From: an uncultured Rhodocyclaceae bacterium | GTDB lineage: Bacteria; Pseudomonadota; Gammaproteobacteria; Burkholderiales; Rhodocyclaceae | DNA: 64,000 bases | Assembly: GCA_964499485.1 (NCBI GenBank) | Contig: CAZCLF010000005.1 | Location: 27,335 to 91,334 of the forward strand | Reading direction: 5' to 3' | Shown: piece by piece, positions 61,294-64,000 of the stretch | Position numbering within the stretch: the first letter of the stretch is position 1 | How the letters are laid out: each line of letters begins with the position of its first letter | Made by a program: the position numbers and the translations under genes | The notes under the pieces: model-generated | Seen by the model: the letters and a program-made list of their open reading frames with translations, nothing else | Databases searched by the model: none | Told to the model about the DNA's origin: nothing

Positions 61294-62238
61294 ATGGCAC
61301 ATCTGCTGGCGTCTGACGCAATTCAGCTCTACCAAGACTGCGCTGCCAAGGCGCAAACGTACCTTGAACTCCCATTCGGCAAGCCCGGACGCATGCTCAA
61401 GAAATCGGTCTATGGGGAGAAATACGCCTACCGCGAAGTGACCGTGCTCTCTGACGATATTCGTCTGCGCAAACTAGGGCCGCTTGGATCGCCGGTTGCC
61501 GAGGCGGCCGATACCGTCTTTCATGCTTCAACATGGATGCCGCCAGCGATCGAACAGTTGAAATCGCATGGCTTCTACACGACCGCTCGCCAACTCGAAG
61601 AGCCCTTGGTCAATTGCTTCAATCTCGGCTTATTTGCGGCAGATGCAGTACTGATCGGGCCGCTGGCCTATTTGTTCTGGCTCAATGAATTTGGCATTCG
61701 CCCACCTGAGTACGCGCCGACCGGGCCCGACCTTGATCTAGCCCTGCCGGAGGATGTTGAACTGAGCGAAGTACAGGTCGCCTTTCTCAATAAATGCATC
61801 AAGACCAGCAACTCGCGGCTGCATGTGCATTTCGAGATGGCGGACTACACGCGCTATCTAAAAGACCGCGTCAAGCTGCCGTATCAGGCCTTGGTAAAGC
61901 GCCATTGCTTTATGGCCAATCTGCACTACCTAACGCAAGCCGCACGCCCGGCCATTGCCTTGGTGGGTGATTATCTTGTGCCGGTCAAACTCCCTGCGCC
62001 TGGCCGGGTTTATTGGCAGAAGCTGTATTGGAGCCGTCTGCCCGACAACCCTCGTGCAGAGGCCGATCGGCAGGAAGCGCAGGTTCTCGGCACCACACTC
62101 CAGCGCGTGCTCCCGGGTGAAATTGCAACGGCGGCCGTTAGTCTGCCCACTCAATGGGCCCGCCAGTTATCAGCAGACAAAAAGCTGCTCGGCATGCTTG
62201 GAACGCATAGCGCAGCCCAACTGCTCGCCATTGACTAG
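61294..62238 (+). CDS. Hypothetical protein, possibly a GSU2403-family nucleotidyltransferase-fold protein
   Basis: Three patterns fit my recollection of that family: N-terminal LY......F.K.G...KK.VYG.KYAY.....LGP.GSP; central AVLIGPLAY...G......TGPDLDLAL (minimal NTase G..A..../D.D-like); C-terminal VPVKLPAPGR...KL..S. This was not verified by a search. Confidence 0.35.
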   Translation: MAHLLASDAIQLYQDCAAKAQTYLELPFGKPGRMLKKSVYGEKYAYREVTVLSDDIRLRKLGPLGSPVAEAADTVFHASTWMPPAIEQLKSHGFYTTARQLEEPLVNCFNLGLFAADAVLIGPLAYLFWLNEFGIRPPEYAPTGPDLDLALPEDVELSEVQVAFLNKCIKTSNSRLHVHFEMADYTRYLKDRVKLPYQALVKRHCFMANLHYLTQAARPAIALVGDYLVPVKLPAPGRVYWQKLYWSRLPDNPRAEADRQEAQVLGTTLQRVLPGEIATAAVSLPTQWARQLSADKKLLGMLGTHSAAQLLAID

Positions 62239-62307
62239 CCGGCTCACAAACGGCAGCTTCTGCATTACTATGCACGCTTTACGTTTTTCGCTTATTTCCT
62301 CCTTTTA

Positions 62308-63834
62308 ATGAGCCTACAGCCCCGCCACAAACCAAATGCCCGCGCTATCAGTGTGATGATGGCTTCGGCTACCCTCTTTCTTTCCGGGTGCGTTACGACC
62401 GGCTATCACGATCAAGTTTCCGGTTCCCTGAACGCAGCAAAGAGTGGCGCTGTCGATGTCGCACTGAGCAACCTTGAACAAAGCAATCCGGGGAAAGATA
62501 AGGATCTGCTCTACTTTCTGGAAAAAGGTGAGTTGTTGCGCATGAAAGGCAGCTACCCAGAAAGCCGTGAAAACTGGCTACAGGCTGATAGCAAAGTGCG
62601 TGAGTGGGAAGATGCTGTGCGCACCGATCCGGGCAAGCTGGCCGGCGATATTGGTTCATACCTGATCAATGATACGACCCGCCGTTATGATGGCCGTGAT
62701 TACGAAAAGGTGATGCTGAGTGTGCGCATTGCCCTCGACCATTTGGCACTGGGTGATTGGGGCGCCGCGCGGACCGAAATCAAGAAGATGCATGAGCGCG
62801 AAGCGATCATCGCCGACTTCCGCTCCAAAGAACTGGATAGCGCCAAAAAGCAGGCCAGCGACAAGGGCCTGCAAGTTACCTCTTACAAAGAGCTGAATGG
62901 CTACCCGGTAGAGACGCTCGATGCGCCGGAAGTGCGTTCACTCAAAAACGCCTACGAATCCGCATTTGCCAACTACCTGGCCGGCTTTGTGTACGAAGCC
63001 TTGGGCGAACCCTCACTCGCCGCCGCGGGTTATCGCAAAGCCATCGAAATGCGTCCGGGCGAAAAAATACTGGAAGACTCACTCAAGGGGTTGGATCAGC
63101 GTACCGGTCAAGTGCGTGGTCGCAAGGAAACTGGTGTCGATACGCTGATCGTGGTCGAATCCGGCAATGCGCCAGCGATTCGCTCGCGCACGCTGCCCAT
63201 CCCCCTTCCAATTCCTTCGCGGGGCGGCCTGCAAGTCGTGATGACCCCGCTGTCGTGGCCAGTAGTCGAGCCAGTGGGTCTGGATGGCCTGATCAACACG
63301 ATCAACCTGAACAACAAGCCACTGCCGATCAGCCTGATCACCAACGTCGACCACATGGCACGCCGCGCTATCTCTGACGAAATGCCGGGCATCATCTTGC
63401 GCTCGTCGATTCGTGCCATCGCCAAGGGCGCTGCGCAAAAAGCGGTGCAAGACAACGCATCCAGCGCGGGTATGTTCGGCGCGGTACTGAGTATTGGTGC
63501 TAGCGTAGCGGCGGTAGTCTCGGAAAAAGCGGATGAGCGCAGCTGGCGCAGCCTACCGGCGTTCTACTCCGTTGGTCGTACTGTACTGACGCCAGGCACG
63601 CACACCCTGACACTGAACACGACCGGCGGCACGGTCACGCGTGAAATCCAAGTTTCCGGCAAGCATGCTGTCGTCGTCGTCCGCGGGACCGGCAACAGCC
63701 TGTATCTTGCGCAAACACCTTATACAGCACTGCCTACGCCTGTAGTAACCGCGCCAGAAGCTGCCATCAAGCCTGCTGCGCGTAAGAAGCAAGCTGACTC
63801 CACCAAACCTTCAGCGAAGGAAAGCACGAAATGA
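62308..63834 (+). CDS. Outer-membrane lipoprotein, TPR-like (COG3014-like uncharacterised lipoprotein family)
   Basis: The lipobox is ATLFLSGC|V. Helical repeats appear in the first half, and the C-terminal region is beta-rich with a basic tail. The family assignment is from memory only. Confidence 0.5.
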   Translation: MSLQPRHKPNARAISVMMASATLFLSGCVTTGYHDQVSGSLNAAKSGAVDVALSNLEQSNPGKDKDLLYFLEKGELLRMKGSYPESRENWLQADSKVREWEDAVRTDPGKLAGDIGSYLINDTTRRYDGRDYEKVMLSVRIALDHLALGDWGAARTEIKKMHEREAIIADFRSKELDSAKKQASDKGLQVTSYKELNGYPVETLDAPEVRSLKNAYESAFANYLAGFVYEALGEPSLAAAGYRKAIEMRPGEKILEDSLKGLDQRTGQVRGRKETGVDTLIVVESGNAPAIRSRTLPIPLPIPSRGGLQVVMTPLSWPVVEPVGLDGLINTINLNNKPLPISLITNVDHMARRAISDEMPGIILRSSIRAIAKGAAQKAVQDNASSAGMFGAVLSIGASVAAVVSEKADERSWRSLPAFYSVGRTVLTPGTHTLTLNTTGGTVTREIQVSGKHAVVVVRGTGNSLYLAQTPYTALPTPVVTAPEAAIKPAARKKQADSTKPSAKESTK

Positions 63835-64000
63835 AATTACGCACGTTTATCCTCGGTGCCGCTGTTGCACTCGGTTCACTGAGCCTGCCAGCCAGCGCCC
63901 AGACCATCGCCTCCAAGGTTGAGCAGCTCGGCAGTGCGCGTTACGTCACCGTCTCCGGCCTGATGGCTAAGGAGCGAAATGGTTTTCTGATGCTGCAAAT
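63831..64000 (+). CDS. Secreted protein, 5' part only (runs off the window); possibly YcfL/DUF1425-like
   Basis: An ATGA overlap couples it to the upstream stop. Manual translation gives MKLRTFILGAAVALGSLSLPASA|QTIASKVEQLGSARYVTVSGLMAKERNGFLMLQ, which has a signal peptide. Confidence 0.35.
   Translation, partial: MKLRTFILGAAVALGSLSLPASAQTIASKVEQLGSARYVTVSGLMAKERNGFLMLQ

Overview
This window reads as a chromosomal segment of a moderately GC-rich proteobacterium. Gene order and protein signatures look betaproteobacterial, but that is inference only. Most of it is tightly packed core housekeeping: pmbA (5' part) / yjgA-mogA, thyA-glk, a glycogen module (glgB divergent from glgC-GH57-GH57-pgi-orf-glgA) running into folA, Orn/Lys/Arg decarboxylase-dcd-apbC, metG, acyP, dnaE, uvrD, leuS-lptE-holA, proA-ogt-xerD, folB, plsY, tsaD, and the rpsU-yqeY-dnaG-rpoD operon followed by a tRNA with anticodon CAU. 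The accessory or unusual content is as follows. (1) A 4.2-kb integrative element sits in the tRNA(CAU) gene (56897-61168), bounded by a perfect 48-bp direct repeat. It carries a tyrosine integrase, a secreted DUF4189-repeat protein, a winged-helix/nuclease-like (replication-relaxation-like) protein and about 1 kb of highly structured non-coding DNA. (2) A visibly lower-GC block (about 18.85-24.7 kb) holds a TPR-GT41 and a GT4 glycosyltransferase. Next to them is a Slam/DUF560-like outer-membrane protein and a secreted FecR-domain protein whose C-terminus carries the TbpB/fHbp-type barrel signature. I treat this as a candidate type XI secretion pair with a non-canonical cargo and as the best candidate for a novel system here. 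(3) A LemA + GIDE-like membrane pair has a canonical EF-hand. (4) An HTH-S24 (LexA/CI-like) protein between tsaD and rpsU has both catalytic dyad residues substituted. (5) A 494-aa protein has C-terminal PilZ motifs. (6) A GSU2403-like nucleotidyltransferase-fold orphan lies next to attR. I saw no rRNA, CRISPR array, transposase or obvious prophage structural genes. ORF starts were re-evaluated where the track's longest ORF overlaps a neighbour or adds a non-homologous N-terminus.
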